Shown: positions 1-10,478 of the stretch, in pieces | How the letters are laid out: every line of letters begins with the position of its first letter | Numbering within the stretch: the stretch's first letter is position 1 | Source: a bacterium | GTDB lineage: Bacteria; Bacteroidota; Ignavibacteria; UBA10030 | Assembly (NCBI GenBank): GCA_043803945.1 | Contig: JAZDJN010000101.1 | Coordinates: forward strand, 1 to 64,000 | DNA length: 64,000 nucleotides | Reading direction: 5' to 3' | Program-made: the position numbers and the translations under genes | The notes under the pieces: generated by a model | The model's input: the letters and a program-made list of their open reading frames with translations, nothing else | What the model was told of the DNA's origin: nothing | Database searches by the model: none

Positions 1-133
1 TGTCCCGACGCTATTTGGCGGGAGTTCCCTCCCAGCATAGGGGTTTAGGATCTACTATGAGGAGCTATTCTTTTCCGCATAGTAGATCCCCGACTGAAAC
101 ATTCGGGGAACACTGAGAGTTGCATTCGAGGTA

Positions 134-250
134 CCCCTCTCCCGTTCACCTGCGCGCCATTTTTCGCGTTTTTTGCGTCCGCCCTGCCTGCGTGCCAAGC
201 ACTTTGGCAGGCAGTCGTCTTTTGGGTGGAGTGGCGGGCGAGAGAGGGAC
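134..250. repeat. CCCTCTCCCG..CGGGAGAGGG-type palindrome carrying three nested hairpin inserts
   Basis: Outer arms ccctctcccgttca / cgagagaggg; inserts at 149-238, 165-230 and 183-215; empty copy of the family at 16875-16898. Confidence 0.8.
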
Positions 251-473
251 CTACGATTTATCTGCGACAGGGTGAGAGGCAGGGAAATAAGGAAGTAAAA
301 AGTAGCAAGTATGAAGTACCAAGAAAACAGATTGGGGAATAATGAGGAGTTTTAGACAAGGCTTTGCTCTCATTCCCCTCTCTCGCTCACGAGAGAGGGA
401 CCTTCGTTCTCTATGCGACAGGGTGAGAGGCAGGAAAATGCGGAATTGGGAATGTGGAATGGGGGTAGAAGCC

Positions 474-1619
474 TTACCCTGTCAAATATTTTTTATAGTT
501 AAGAACCTCAAGATCCTTCGTAAAATCAACTCCTCTCCCTCTATAAAGGAGATATCCCTTTTGATTCTTCTTCTTAATCTGTGAAATTGCCTTCGTCATC
601 TCGGGGCGAAAAGTTTCCGATGATTTTATTTCGATATACTCTTGTTGAGATTTTCTGTCGATAATAAGGTCAACTTCAACTCCATTGCTGGTTCGACAAT
701 AGAAGAACTCTGAATCTGATTTGGTATGAAGCTCTTTTTTTACTATCTCTGAAACGATATAATTTTCAAACAGCGCCCCATACATTGGGCCTTTTTCAAA
801 CAATTCAGTGTTTCGAATACCTGTGAGGAACGATACCAGCCCTGTATCGAAGAAATACACTTTCGGACTTTTTATTACTCTCTTCCCGTAATTTTTATAA
901 TGCGGCGGCAGAAGGAAGAGGATATAAGATGCTTCGAGAACAGAGATCCATTTTCGAATCGTTGGAGTGGAAACACCAATATCCCTTCCAATATCGGACA
1001 TATTGAGTATCTGCGATGTTCGAGATGCGAGCAACTGAAGGCATCGGCGGAAATCCCGCATACTCCCGATCTCCCGCAAGCTGCGGACATCGCGCGTCAA
1101 ATAGGTATCCAGATACGAAGCATACCAATCAATCGATGCCTCATATTTTCTCGTCACAAGTTCAGGATATGCGCCTTTAAATATGGAATCATTGTGCAGT
1201 GCGTTTGGTATTTCAGAGTATTGAAATGGGAGAAGAGAAAGAAGGCCAATTCTGCCGGCCAGGCTTTCCGAGACATTCTTCATGAATGCAAATTGGCTTG
1301 AACCGGTCACGATGAATCTTCCATAGACATCCCGATGTTCATCGACAAGTTGTTTTATTGCATTGAATATCTCAGGGACTCTTTGGACCTCATCAAAAAT
1401 GACCTTCTCAGAATAGGTACGCATGAATCTTTTCGGGTCATCATGGAAGAGAGCGACGTTGTTCAAATCATCAAAGGACACATACCGGTAGGTGCCGCCA
1501 AAAAGCTTTTGCAGCATTGTAGACTTGCCGGATTGCCGTGGCCCAGTGATACCTACGACTGGAAATATCGTAAGGTATTTCTTTATCGTTGATTCCGCTA
1601 CACGCGGAATATATTTCAT
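474..1619 (-). CDS. AAA+ ATPase (AAA_14 + DUF4143 family)
   Basis: Walker A GPRQSGKST, Walker B IFDEVQ, TGSS, KSPKVYFFDTGL, C-terminal EVDLII..IEIK nuclease-like motif. Confidence 0.9.
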   Translation of the reverse strand: MKYIPRVAESTIKKYLTIFPVVGITGPRQSGKSTMLQKLFGGTYRYVSFDDLNNVALFHDDPKRFMRTYSEKVIFDEVQRVPEIFNAIKQLVDEHRDVYGRFIVTGSSQFAFMKNVSESLAGRIGLLSLLPFQYSEIPNALHNDSIFKGAYPELVTRKYEASIDWYASYLDTYLTRDVRSLREIGSMRDFRRCLQLLASRTSQILNMSDIGRDIGVSTPTIRKWISVLEASYILFLLPPHYKNYGKRVIKSPKVYFFDTGLVSFLTGIRNTELFEKGPMYGALFENYIVSEIVKKELHTKSDSEFFYCRTSNGVEVDLIIDRKSQQEYIEIKSSETFRPEMTKAISQIKKKNQKGYLLYRGRGVDFTKDLEVLNYKKYLTG

Positions 1620-2982
1620 AATACACCTTATGTAATATTAATCTTGCGGTTTAAATTTACATAACGTTGAATTCAGAAACAAGGGAGTTGGATGGAAAAT
1701 GGAGAATGTGGGAATATGAGAGTGTAGGAAAATAAGAATATGGAAATATTGAAATTGTGATTTGAGAATTGTGTTTTTGTCAGCGTTCAGTTGCCGCCGA
1801 TCATCATCTCACTTCTCTCCTATTACATCTCACGTATTGTTTTAGGGTCAGGAGCAGGACTTGTCCGCAGTCGTCGCGTTTTTTGCGTCTGCCCTGCCTG
1901 CGTGCCAAGCACTTCCGCCTACACTTCCACCAACGCCATGCTCCGGCGGATAAATCGTTTCGGCGGACAGGTTGGCAGGCAGGCGTCTTTTGGGTGGAGT
2001 GGCGGGCGGCAGAGGGACCTACGATTTATCTGCGACAGGGTGAGAGGCAGGAAAATGCGGACCACAGATAACACGGATTACATTGATTTCTCTGATGAAG
2101 GATGATGTGGACTAATGCCAGTGATCCCGTTATGCAAGCAGCATGGCGAAGGCGGGATGTTGTTAGGATTCTATGAAGTACTTTGTTGCCTTCCCGAACC
2201 CCCTCGTCCCGCAAGCGGGACACTCCCCCTTGGACCACTGATTACTGACCACTGATTACGCGGATTATGCTGATACCGCTGATGGAAGGGGGAGATGTTT
2301 TTTTCCATTACCTGCGACAGGGTGAGAAGCAGGGAAATGCAGAATTTGGAATTCATCCCGCTTGCCCCGATGTTGTTTATCGGGGAGCGAAGTCGAGGGA
2401 TGTTGAGTTAGGGTCGGGAGCTGGAGCTCCCTCCCAGATTTTAGTATGAAGTAACAAGAAAACAGATTGGGGAATAATGAGGAGTTTTAAACAAGGCTTT
2501 TTCACAATCCCCTCTTCCGCCCGCCAAAAATAGTGTCGGGCAGGTTCACGGGAGAGGGACATGCGCTCTCTATGCGACAGGGTGAGAGGCAGGAAAATGC
2601 GGAGTTGAAAAATCTTATTTCCGCATAGTAGATCCCCGACTGAAACATTCGGGGAACACTGAGAGTTGCATTCGAGGTACCCCTCTTCCGTTCACCTGCC
2701 CACCATTTTTCGCGTTTTTTGCGTCCGCCATCTTTTGGGTGGAGTGGCGGGCGAGAGAGGGACCTACGATTTATCTGCGACAGGGTGAGAGGCAGGAAAA
2801 TGCGGAATTGGGAATGTTGAATGCTGAATGTTCGTAAAAGTATATCGGAAGAGAATTGAATTCTTACGTGTAGAACTTCTCGCTTTTTTGGTCGGGAGCG
2901 GGAGCTCCCTCCCAGTACAGGGCGAGTCTAGCGACCTCCCAGCTTGAGGAGTTATATATAATTTGCATTCTGCAATTTGACA

Positions 2983-3075
2983 TTAGTCCAGGAAAATTCT
3001 TACGGCATTAACAAAAAGGCGAAGATCATCGAGTTCATTGAGAAATTCTTCCAGATGCTTTATTCTCTCACGCAT
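2983..3075 (-). pseudogene. Internally deleted DUF86/HepT-type HEPN toxin remnant (30 aa)
   Basis: Hand translation MRERIKHLEEFLNELDDLRLFVNAVRIFLD*; start overlaps the MNT stop; resembles HepT N- and C-termini with no RxxxxH motif. Confidence 0.65.
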
Positions 3076-3517
3076 TATGGAATGTCCCATAGGTACCCTG
3101 CGCTAACCTCTCAGAAAGAGTACGATCCAATAGGGAAAATAGCGGTGCCGCGTCAAGATACCTCAAGAGTGTCGTATGACGATATTCATACAAAATTTTC
3201 GTATCGCGGGTAAAGAGTGATATTCCACCAATGACTATCGTATATGCAAGACCCGGATCCCTCTTCTCAAGACCATTGAGTACAATGATATCGACATCGC
3301 ATGCAAGAATTTTCTCCAGTTGTGATGTCAGCATTCCAAGCTCCATGAGCCCCGGACTTGCAGTGAAGTATATCGCAATGTCAACATCACTCATTTCCCC
3401 TTGAAGACCACTTGCATAAGAACCAAAGAGGTAAGCGAACAAGATTTCTTCCTTTTTGATGAGGAACTCAAGTAGTTCATGTTGATGGAGAAGTAGTATT
3501 GGAGGTTGACAGGGCAT
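3068..3517 (-). CDS. MNT (MntA-type) nucleotidyltransferase antitoxin
   Basis: YLFGS-x10-DVD motif, VDIIVLN. Confidence 0.88.
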   Translation of the reverse strand: MPCQPPILLLHQHELLEFLIKKEEILFAYLFGSYASGLQGEMSDVDIAIYFTASPGLMELGMLTSQLEKILACDVDIIVLNGLEKRDPGLAYTIVIGGISLFTRDTKILYEYRHTTLLRYLDAAPLFSLLDRTLSERLAQGTYGTFHNA

Positions 3518-3530
3518 TAAGTATTAAGTA

Positions 3531-3690
3531 TAAAGTAGAAAGTTTAAGGTTACAGGTTTAAGGTTACAGGTTTAAGGTTACAGGTTTAAGGTTACAGGTT
3601 TAAGGTTTAAGGTTTATGGATATATACAGTTTACAGCTGACAGATTACAGATAACAGACTACAGACAGCAGACTACAGATGACCGAATAT
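3531..3690. repeat. Period-7 repeat spacer (AGGTTTA/AGGTTAC then ACAGA-based heptamers)
   Basis: Tandem heptamers; homologous tract at 4498-4630 and related tract at 6335-6430. Confidence 0.85.
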
Positions 3691-3727
3691 AGAAAACAAA
3701 ATCTAACATACGAAATACGTCAAAATA

Positions 3728-4159
3728 TTATTTCGGATTTTCATTGGATTGAGGAATAATGCTTTCACAGAGTCTAATGATATCCTCAAGAGCCTTTAAT
3801 GCTGTATCAAAGTCGTTTTGTCCATAGGCATCCATGGGCACAAGGTCTGGAAGTCCGTTAGGGTAACGAGTCGGTATATATAATTTATCAAGCAAGAGAG
3901 CTTGCAATCGAACCGCTTCTAATGATTCACGGATATTGTCATTTTTCAGATCAATAATGAGATTAAATATTGAATGTCCCCAGGGATCTTCTCCGAGCGA
4001 AAACCACACAGCCTTCATCATCTTCTCTCCAGACTGCTGGCAATGAAAACAGGCCTGAGCGTATTTCTTGTGAGCTGCCAACACGGTAGCAGCGGCTAAG
4101 TCATCCTTCGCCTGAAGCACCCAGCGTTGTGCAATTCTACCTGCCTTCTCAAGACTCAT
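3728..4159 (-). CDS. HEPN domain protein
   Basis: ACFHCQQSGEK..WGHS..LDKLYIPTRYPN signature; coupled to upstream MNT. Confidence 0.88.
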   Translation of the reverse strand: MSLEKAGRIAQRWVLQAKDDLAAATVLAAHKKYAQACFHCQQSGEKMMKAVWFSLGEDPWGHSIFNLIIDLKNDNIRESLEAVRLQALLLDKLYIPTRYPNGLPDLVPMDAYGQNDFDTALKALEDIIRLCESIIPQSNENPK

Positions 4160-4472
4160 ATAGTACTCTCCCCTCTTTTAAGAGTCGGAGGATAAAATGA
4201 TTTTCTTCCGAGCACATCCGCTCCAGCTCAGTCGGAGTATAGACAAGTACATCGAGCGCCCTTCCCCGGATACGATCCGTTAATAACAATAAGGGCTGAT
4301 CCAGCCGATCAAGAAATCGCAGCGAGGTGTTCTGTACGAATGCAACATCCACGTCACTCCTCTTTGTATCTGTACCGCGAGCAAGTGAGCCAAAAAGGAT
4401 GGCTTTCTGTGCTCCAATAAGAGCCGCAACTTCTTTTATTGCGAGCTCGATTTCAGCGTAGGTGGAAGACAT
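4149..4472 (-). CDS. MNT nucleotidyltransferase
   Basis: LFGS-x10-DVD, LDVLVYTP. Confidence 0.88.
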   Translation of the reverse strand: MSSTYAEIELAIKEVAALIGAQKAILFGSLARGTDTKRSDVDVAFVQNTSLRFLDRLDQPLLLLTDRIRGRALDVLVYTPTELERMCSEENHFILRLLKEGRVLYES

Positions 4473-4497
4473 GGGTTTAAAAAAAGTAAAAAGGATT

Positions 4498-4630
4498 AAG
4501 TAGAAAGTTCAAGGTTTAAGGTTTAAGGTTAAAAGTTTCAGGTTTATGGACATATACAGTTTACAGATGACAGAATGCAGATGACAGACTACAGATTACA
4601 GATAATAGACTACAGATGGCAGATAACAGA
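4498..4630. repeat. Period-7 repeat spacer, direct homolog of 3531-3690
   Basis: aagtagaaag..ggtttatgga.atatacagtttacag.tgacaga shared in the same order. Confidence 0.85.
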
Positions 4631-4705
4631 ATCTATCCAGTAACCATTTAACCGCAACAGAGCACAGTCAAGAATATATTATATGGAATAGAGCTTACTA
4701 TTCCA

Positions 4706-5143
4706 CTATTTAGCGTTCTCTTTCTTCACCAACCATTGGGCAATGATTCTTATATATTCATGAAAAATATGCAGCTCTGTTTGTAAAATCTGGAGAACCC
4801 TGTGGTCATCAACTCCCCAGTAGCGATGGACTAAGACATTTCGGAAGCGGGCGAGTTCACCCAGTTTCTTAGCAAATGGATTTTCAAGCACTCCGCCTTC
4901 CTGCATGACTTCAAAACAATGGCTATAGCTTTCGGGAGTTGTTTTTAGTGTATGAACTGCAAGATGATTACAAATATCGATACATGCCTCTATCAATACA
5001 ACAAACTGATATTTTATCGTACTCATCTTTTCAATACTCTGTAACATCGTTTCGTCATCCAGCTTAGCGTACGATTCCAGGACTCCCAATGCTTTATTGG
5101 CTTCTCCCAGCAGCGTCTGAATTCTCTCTCGGTTGATACTCAT
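4706..5143 (-). CDS. DUF86/HepT-type HEPN ribonuclease toxin
   Basis: RNVLVHRY = RX4HXY motif; overlaps upstream MNT. Confidence 0.9.
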   Translation of the reverse strand: MSINRERIQTLLGEANKALGVLESYAKLDDETMLQSIEKMSTIKYQFVVLIEACIDICNHLAVHTLKTTPESYSHCFEVMQEGGVLENPFAKKLGELARFRNVLVHRYWGVDDHRVLQILQTELHIFHEYIRIIAQWLVKKENAK

Positions 5144-5547
5144 TGGCGCGCTGCAAGCTCTTCAATAAATGCTTTTCGTTTTGGTGCAAAATCGAAGTAT
5201 CGCGACCAGGCAGCGGTGATGAATTCTTCATGCCATTCCGGATCACGATTGAGAATCAGGATACCACGTGAAGCATGATGCACGAAATGGTCCGGAGCAT
5301 AATTCAATACTGATATATCAACGGAGAAATTCAATACTTTTTCGCAGCGTTGAGCCAAAGAGAATTGATAAAGTGGATTCTCTTCCAGCACCGATTGCTT
5401 TGCAAAGATTGCCAGGTCGATATCGTGATACCGTTCCTGCTCGATGAACGATCCGAAAAGATAACAGAAGATGATATCGCTTTCGTTGTTCAGAAATTCG
5501 ATCAAAGGAACGATTAGAGACTGTTTTTCAGTAGATAGATCGGGCAT
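5140..5547 (-). CDS. MNT nucleotidyltransferase antitoxin
   Basis: YLFGS-x8-DID, VDISVLN. Confidence 0.85.
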   Translation of the reverse strand: MPDLSTEKQSLIVPLIEFLNNESDIIFCYLFGSFIEQERYHDIDLAIFAKQSVLEENPLYQFSLAQRCEKVLNFSVDISVLNYAPDHFVHHASRGILILNRDPEWHEEFITAAWSRYFDFAPKRKAFIEELAARQ

Positions 5548-5603
5548 AGCTTAATTAAAGTTCACAAAAGTTCTTTGAAAGTTATAAAGATAAAGATTCT
5601 CCA

Positions 5604-5999
5604 TCATGATGTCAGTTTAGCATTCGGAATTGTCTGGTTTAGAAGCAAGCGAAAGAGCGAACAATATTTCCTCTTGACTCGTTTAAATACTTCACGCGAG
5701 ATCTTTTTATCATACAGATGGACTGTGAGATTTCTATCGTCAATAAGATGGAGGATCGTGTCCTCGAGAGTAACCAATCCAGATCTAAATGCTTCTTTGA
5801 AGCATTCCCTGGGGGTTTTTACTAGAATACCTTGCTCCTCGAAATAATATTTAAGAAATTTCCAGCTTAATTCAAATGTAAATTCGAATCGTTGAAGCAC
5901 ACCATCAATCTCAAGATCGGTTTTTGCCACTTTTACAGCTTCCTCAAGTGATCGCAACGCTTTAACGAATTGAGTCCTTGCAAGGTCAACGCGCTTCAT
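5604..5999 (-). CDS. HI0074-family HEPN protein
   Basis: LQRFEFTFELSWK and RNLTVHLY motifs; start placed at ATG 5999, overlapping the MNT end. Confidence 0.88.
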   Translation of the reverse strand: MKRVDLARTQFVKALRSLEEAVKVAKTDLEIDGVLQRFEFTFELSWKFLKYYFEEQGILVKTPRECFKEAFRSGLVTLEDTILHLIDDRNLTVHLYDKKISREVFKRVKRKYCSLFRLLLNQTIPNAKLTS

Positions 6000-6309
6000 A
6001 AATAAGCTTGCCTTCCTTAAGAATTTCCTTCCGGAACTTTTTATGAATTTTATGAGTCTCGACGACATCGATGCTCAGAAGAGTCCGTATGCTTTCATCC
6101 ATTTCGTTTCTGAAAGGATCGTTTTTCCTTGCACCTTCCAATGCCAGATCGATATCCGATGTTCTTGCAAAATTTCCGCGAGCTCTAGAACCAAAAAGAT
6201 AGATACGTTTGGGTTGCTTCCGTAATACAAGAATCCGTATAATTTCCTTAAGAATTTCTTTGCGAAGCCCATACTCAGCGTCGATAGTACTATCCATACC
6301 GGTGTACAA
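5986..6309 (-). CDS. MNT nucleotidyltransferase
   Basis: YLFGSRARG..SDIDLA. Confidence 0.88.
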   Translation of the reverse strand: MYTGMDSTIDAEYGLRKEILKEIIRILVLRKQPKRIYLFGSRARGNFARTSDIDLALEGARKNDPFRNEMDESIRTLLSIDVVETHKIHKKFRKEILKEGKLIYEAR

Positions 6310-6681
6310 TTGTGATGAATTGGATATTTGATGTATAGAAAACAGACGACAGATTACAGATAACAGACAACAGAATCTAGAAGATAATATTCAGAAAACA
6401 GACGACAGAATACAGATAAAAAAATCTATACAGAAAAGATCAAACGGTAAACAGTTAACGTTAACAATTTACATTAAATTGTGAAAATATGAAGAATAAA
6501 AGACTGTCTGCGGTAAACGGTCTATGGTTAACTTTTATTTTATGTTTCTTTGAACACTTTCTGTGCTAAATATAACAAATTTTTCCCAAATAGGATTTTT
6601 TTTTATAGGAATGTGCTGGGAGGATGGAATAATTAAATGTGTTCACTAAGAGGTTCTTTGGAATTTAAAAAAGAAAACTCA

Positions 6682-7343
6682 GTGATTCCAAAGTGACTTT
6701 GTTTGGAATCTACTATGAGGATTTTGGGGTCCGTTTATTGGATCCCCGACAAACGCATTCGGGGATCACTATTGGGGTTTGTAGTTCGTATATCGGAAAT
6801 AACCGTCTCCCACCTGCGTTAACCTTCGGCGAACTTCGGCAGGCAAGCCGTTTACCGTCTCTCGTCTACCTTTCTCCTTTGGTCACGCTCATTGGTCGGG
6901 AGCTGGAGCTCCCTCCCAGCATAGGGGTTTAGGATCTACTATGAGGAGCTATTCTTTTCCGCTTAGTAGATCCCCGACTACCACATTCGGGGAACACCTT
7001 TGGGTCTTGGGAGAAAATAAAGAAAAGAATAGTGTTCCCAAAGTGTTGTAGTTTGTGATCTACTATGAGGGACTATTCCTATTCGCCTGGGAGCCCCCCT
7101 CTTCCGTTCACCTGCCCGCCATTTTTCGCGCTTTTTGCGTCCGCCGGTTTTCGTGTTTTATACGTCCGCCGGTTTTTTGGCGGATTGGCGGGAGCTCCTC
7201 GCCACCAGCCCCTGCCTGCGCTGCCAAGCACTTCCGCCTACACTTCGTTTCGGCGGACAGGTCGGCAGACAGGCGCTATGCGTCCCGCCTGAACGGCGTA
7301 GTCGGGCAGGTCTGGCGGGGAGGCGAGTCTAGCGACCTCCCAG
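6682..7343. repeat. Mosaic block of several palindromic repeat families
   Basis: Contains GATCCCCGA-N7-TCGGGG, GGTCGGGAGCTGGAGCTCCCTCCCAG and GGCGAGTCTAGCGACCTCCCAG units plus nested hairpin inserts found elsewhere in the window. Confidence 0.8.
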
Positions 7344-7500
7344 CATTAAAAGAATGGAGTAACGAAGAAAAAAGTTGGAAATATCTAGTGTCTCGATTCA
7401 CTATCATCTTGAATAAGTCCGCGAGCCTAAAACGCTCCATGACATCCATGTAGAGATATGGAAACGAATTAGTTTTTCAAGGTATCTTTGAGACTCGACA

Positions 7501-7800
7501 CTAGCGAGGTGAATGGAGTAGTTGCATAGTTTTACGTATCACAGCTTCATCGACAAGACGATTAGTAACGAATTTATGCAAAATACTGGAGATCAGCGTT
7601 TGATATGGGATACCTTCCTCGAGAGATCGTTTCTTTAGTTGTTCAAGAACTGACTCCGAAAGCCGAATATTCACATTTCGTGTCTTACGTATCCGTTCTA
7701 AAAGGCCTTCGATCTTCGCTCGCTCCTTGTTCGAGACTGGCCGGTAAGAGTCGGCAGATTTCTCGATTTCCTGTTCGTATTTATCAAGCTTTGTTTTCAT
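7501..7800 (-). CDS. BrnA/CopG-like ribbon-helix-helix antitoxin
   Basis: VNIRLS..GIPYQTLISSILHKF; overlaps upstream BrnT-like gene. Confidence 0.85.
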   Translation of the reverse strand: MKTKLDKYEQEIEKSADSYRPVSNKERAKIEGLLERIRKTRNVNIRLSESVLEQLKKRSLEEGIPYQTLISSILHKFVTNRLVDEAVIRKTMQLLHSPR

Positions 7801-8083
7801 TGTTCTTTTGTCCGTACTTTTTATGAAATTTTCGACTTGGAAACGCAGTTTTTAATACAACGTTGTTTTCGTTATCTAAGACGAAGGGCACAGCGTGGAT
7901 ATATCCATTGATCGGTAAGACAAAAATTCTTTGGCCACAGCGTTTTGGGTGTTCCACTATGTCAATATATTTTCTTTCCAAGATCAATAAGGTGATTTCT
8001 TCAAATGAAATTCCTCGTTGTTTCTTGAGCTTCTTGTTTTTCTCATCGTCCCAGATGATGTTCATAAAACAAGTTACTACCAT
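7784..8083 (-). CDS. BrnT-family toxin
   Basis: WDDEKNKKLKKQRGISFEE..LKTAFPSRK. Confidence 0.85.
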   Translation of the reverse strand: MVVTCFMNIIWDDEKNKKLKKQRGISFEEITLLILERKYIDIVEHPKRCGQRIFVLPINGYIHAVPFVLDNENNVVLKTAFPSRKFHKKYGQKNNENKA

Positions 8084-9108
8084 TAGTATACAATGTCAAT
8101 TAGTGTCGACGGCCTATCACACGCGGCACCACGAGAAATGTGGAATGAGGAATTGTGGATTCGGAATGTTTGTAGAAGAAATTTGAAACAAGGCAGGGAA
8201 ATGCGGAAGTATGGAAATATGAGAATAAGGGAATAGGAAAATGTGGGAATTGTTATTTGAGATTCGTGCTTTTTATCTGCAACCTGCTTTCATTTGTGAC
8301 CACTGATTACGCTGATTACACTGATTACGTTGATGGAAGGGGGAGATATTATTTCGCGTTATGAAGCATTCCCCCTCTTCCGTTCACCTGCCCGCCATTT
8401 TTCGCGCTTTTTGCGTCCGCCATCTTTTGGGTGGAGTGGCGGGCGGGAGAGGAACCTGCTGATCACTGATTACGCGGATTACGCGGAATGTAATGGTGAA
8501 AGGGTGAGAGGCAGGTAAAGAAGGAAGTATGGAAATATGGGAATGAGGGAATTGAAAAGAGGAATTCATCCCGCCTGCCCCGACTTATCCCGATGTATTG
8601 TATCGGGATGCTGTATATCGGCTTGTCCCGACACCTTTTGTCGGGAGGAGCGTAGTCGAGGGATGTTGAATTAGGGTCGGGAGCTGGAGCTCCCTCCCAG
8701 ATTTGAGTATGCATTTTCAGCACGAAAACTCAGAAGATGTCTAAAATCCATACTTGACCCCTTCGCCCTAAAGGGCACTCCCCCTTGGACCACTGATTAC
8801 TGACCACTGATTACGCGGATTATGCTGATACCGCTGATGGAAGGGGGAGATGTTTTTTTCCATTACCTGCGGCAGGGTGAGGGGCAGGTAAAGAAGGAAG
8901 TATGGAAATATGGGAATGAGGGAATTGAAAAGAGGAATTCATCCCGCCTGCCCCGACTTATCCCGACTTGTCCCGATGCTTTTTGTCGGGATGAGCGAAG
9001 TCGAGGGATGGGGAAATAGCTTAATCTTAGTAATTGAAGGTTGATTTTAATTAAGGTATATTTGCATGGTAACAAACGAATATCCCAAAAGTATTCCATC
9101 ATTACAGA

Positions 9109-9185
9109 GTGTCAACATCGAGGATAATATTTCGTGTCCATGCCCTGCAAAGATTGTTTGATTTGAGAGGAGGAAAGTGCAATGA
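9109..9185 (+). pseudogene. Internally deleted DUF4258-type toxin remnant
   Basis: GTG-STSRIIFRVHALQRLF joined out of frame to FERRKVQ*, whose TGA overlaps the ATG of the YgiT-type gene. Confidence 0.6.
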
Positions 9186-9409
9186 AGTGTGTTATTTGCA
9201 AACATGGGGAGACGAAACCAGGAATGATTGTTGTGACTCTTGTCAGAAATTCCACAACACTCGTTTATAAAGATGTACCAGCCGAGGTATGTGAAAATTG
9301 CGGCGAAGAATATATTGACGAAACGGTAAGTTCCACCTTGGCTGCAACCGCAGATAACGCGATTCGATCAGGAGTTGAGGTTGATGTAAGGCAATATATT
9401 GCTGCATAA
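9182..9409 (+). CDS. YgiT-type zinc-finger (MqsA-like) antitoxin
   Basis: MKCVICK..VPAEVCENCGEEY. Confidence 0.88.
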   Translation: MKCVICKHGETKPGMIVVTLVRNSTTLVYKDVPAEVCENCGEEYIDETVSSTLAATADNAIRSGVEVDVRQYIAA

Positions 9410-9966
9410 TTCAGTTCAAGGTAATTGTTGAAATTGTGATTTGGGCGTTTAGCTGCAATATGCCTTCTGCATTCCGATCTCTGCAACCTTTCCTCTTCTC
9501 GGTTATCTCGACTCTCTTGCTTTTAATCGAACCCCCTCCCGCCAAACAGATCGGCGGGCGGGCGCCCTAAAGGGCACTCCCCCTTGGACCACTGATTACT
9601 GACCACTGATTACTGACCACTGATTACGCGGATTACGCTGATGGAAGGGGGAGATGTTTTTTTCCATTACCTGCGACAGGGTGAGAGGCAAGGAAATGAG
9701 GAAGTAAAAAGTAGCAAGTATGAAGTAACAAGAAAACAGATTGGGGAATAATGAGGAGTTTTAAACAAGGCTTTCTCACAATCCCCTCTTCCGTTCACGG
9801 AGAGGGACCTGCGCTCTCTATGCGACAGGGTGAGTGTTAGTAAAACGTGACCGTGCTATCAAATGTTACTATTAATGGGCTGCAACTCAATAGAAGGGTT
9901 TAAATTCAATCAGAACACATTGTTATTGCTTTCATTCAAATTGAGTCGTATTCTTCCATAGAATCG

Positions 9967-10272
9967 ATGGGAGTTGATGTGCAATACGATTTTGAATGGG
10001 ACACTCAAAAGACAAAATCTAACTTAAAAAAGCATAAAGTAAGTTTCGAACGGGCGACAGAGATTTTTCTTGATCCATTTATGCTTTCTCTTTTCGATCG
10101 TAAGCACAGCCAGTTCGAAGAACGATGGATTTCTATCGGAAAGGATCATGACAACATTGCGTTGGTTGTTGTTCACACGTTCAGAGAGATCGATGCTGCT
10201 CATTCAACAATTAGAATCATCTCAGCCCGTCGAGCGACAAAAAATGAAATTAAGCAATATTCTGCAAGGTGA
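9967..10272 (+). CDS. BrnT-family toxin
   Basis: FEWDTQK..NLKKHKVSFE..EERW..IRIISARRAT. Confidence 0.9.
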   Translation: MGVDVQYDFEWDTQKTKSNLKKHKVSFERATEIFLDPFMLSLFDRKHSQFEERWISIGKDHDNIALVVVHTFREIDAAHSTIRIISARRATKNEIKQYSAR

Positions 10273-10478
10273 GTCTCATGAAAAAAGAATATAATTTCTC
10301 AAAGGGAATTCGTGGAAAGTTTTTTCGACCTCATGTCCGATTGAACCTGCCGATATACCTTGATGATGATGTTGCTCATTTTATTAAAGATTTCGCAAAA
10401 CGAAAAAAAATTGATCCCCAGACTATGGTCAACAAGCTCTTGCGAAGCAACAAAGAGATCATTCAGGCAATTCAATAG
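10269..10478 (+). CDS. BrnA-like antitoxin
   Basis: KEYNFSKGIRGKF..IYLDDDV..QTMVN; overlaps the BrnT stop. Confidence 0.8.
   Translation: MSLMKKEYNFSKGIRGKFFRPHVRLNLPIYLDDDVAHFIKDFAKRKKIDPQTMVNKLLRSNKEIIQAIQ

Noticed and set aside
1769-2562. Short ORFs in repeat mosaics (also 6693-7453, 8330-9102, 10596-11374, 14345-15180, 18886-19321)
   Set aside because: Peptides such as ACVPSTSAYT and PMLYIG recur only because the DNA repeats recur; no protein motifs.
2983-10478. Classical integron cassette array
   Set aside because: No integrase in the window and no recognisable attC (RYYYAAC..GTTRRRY) structure; cassettes occur on both strands.
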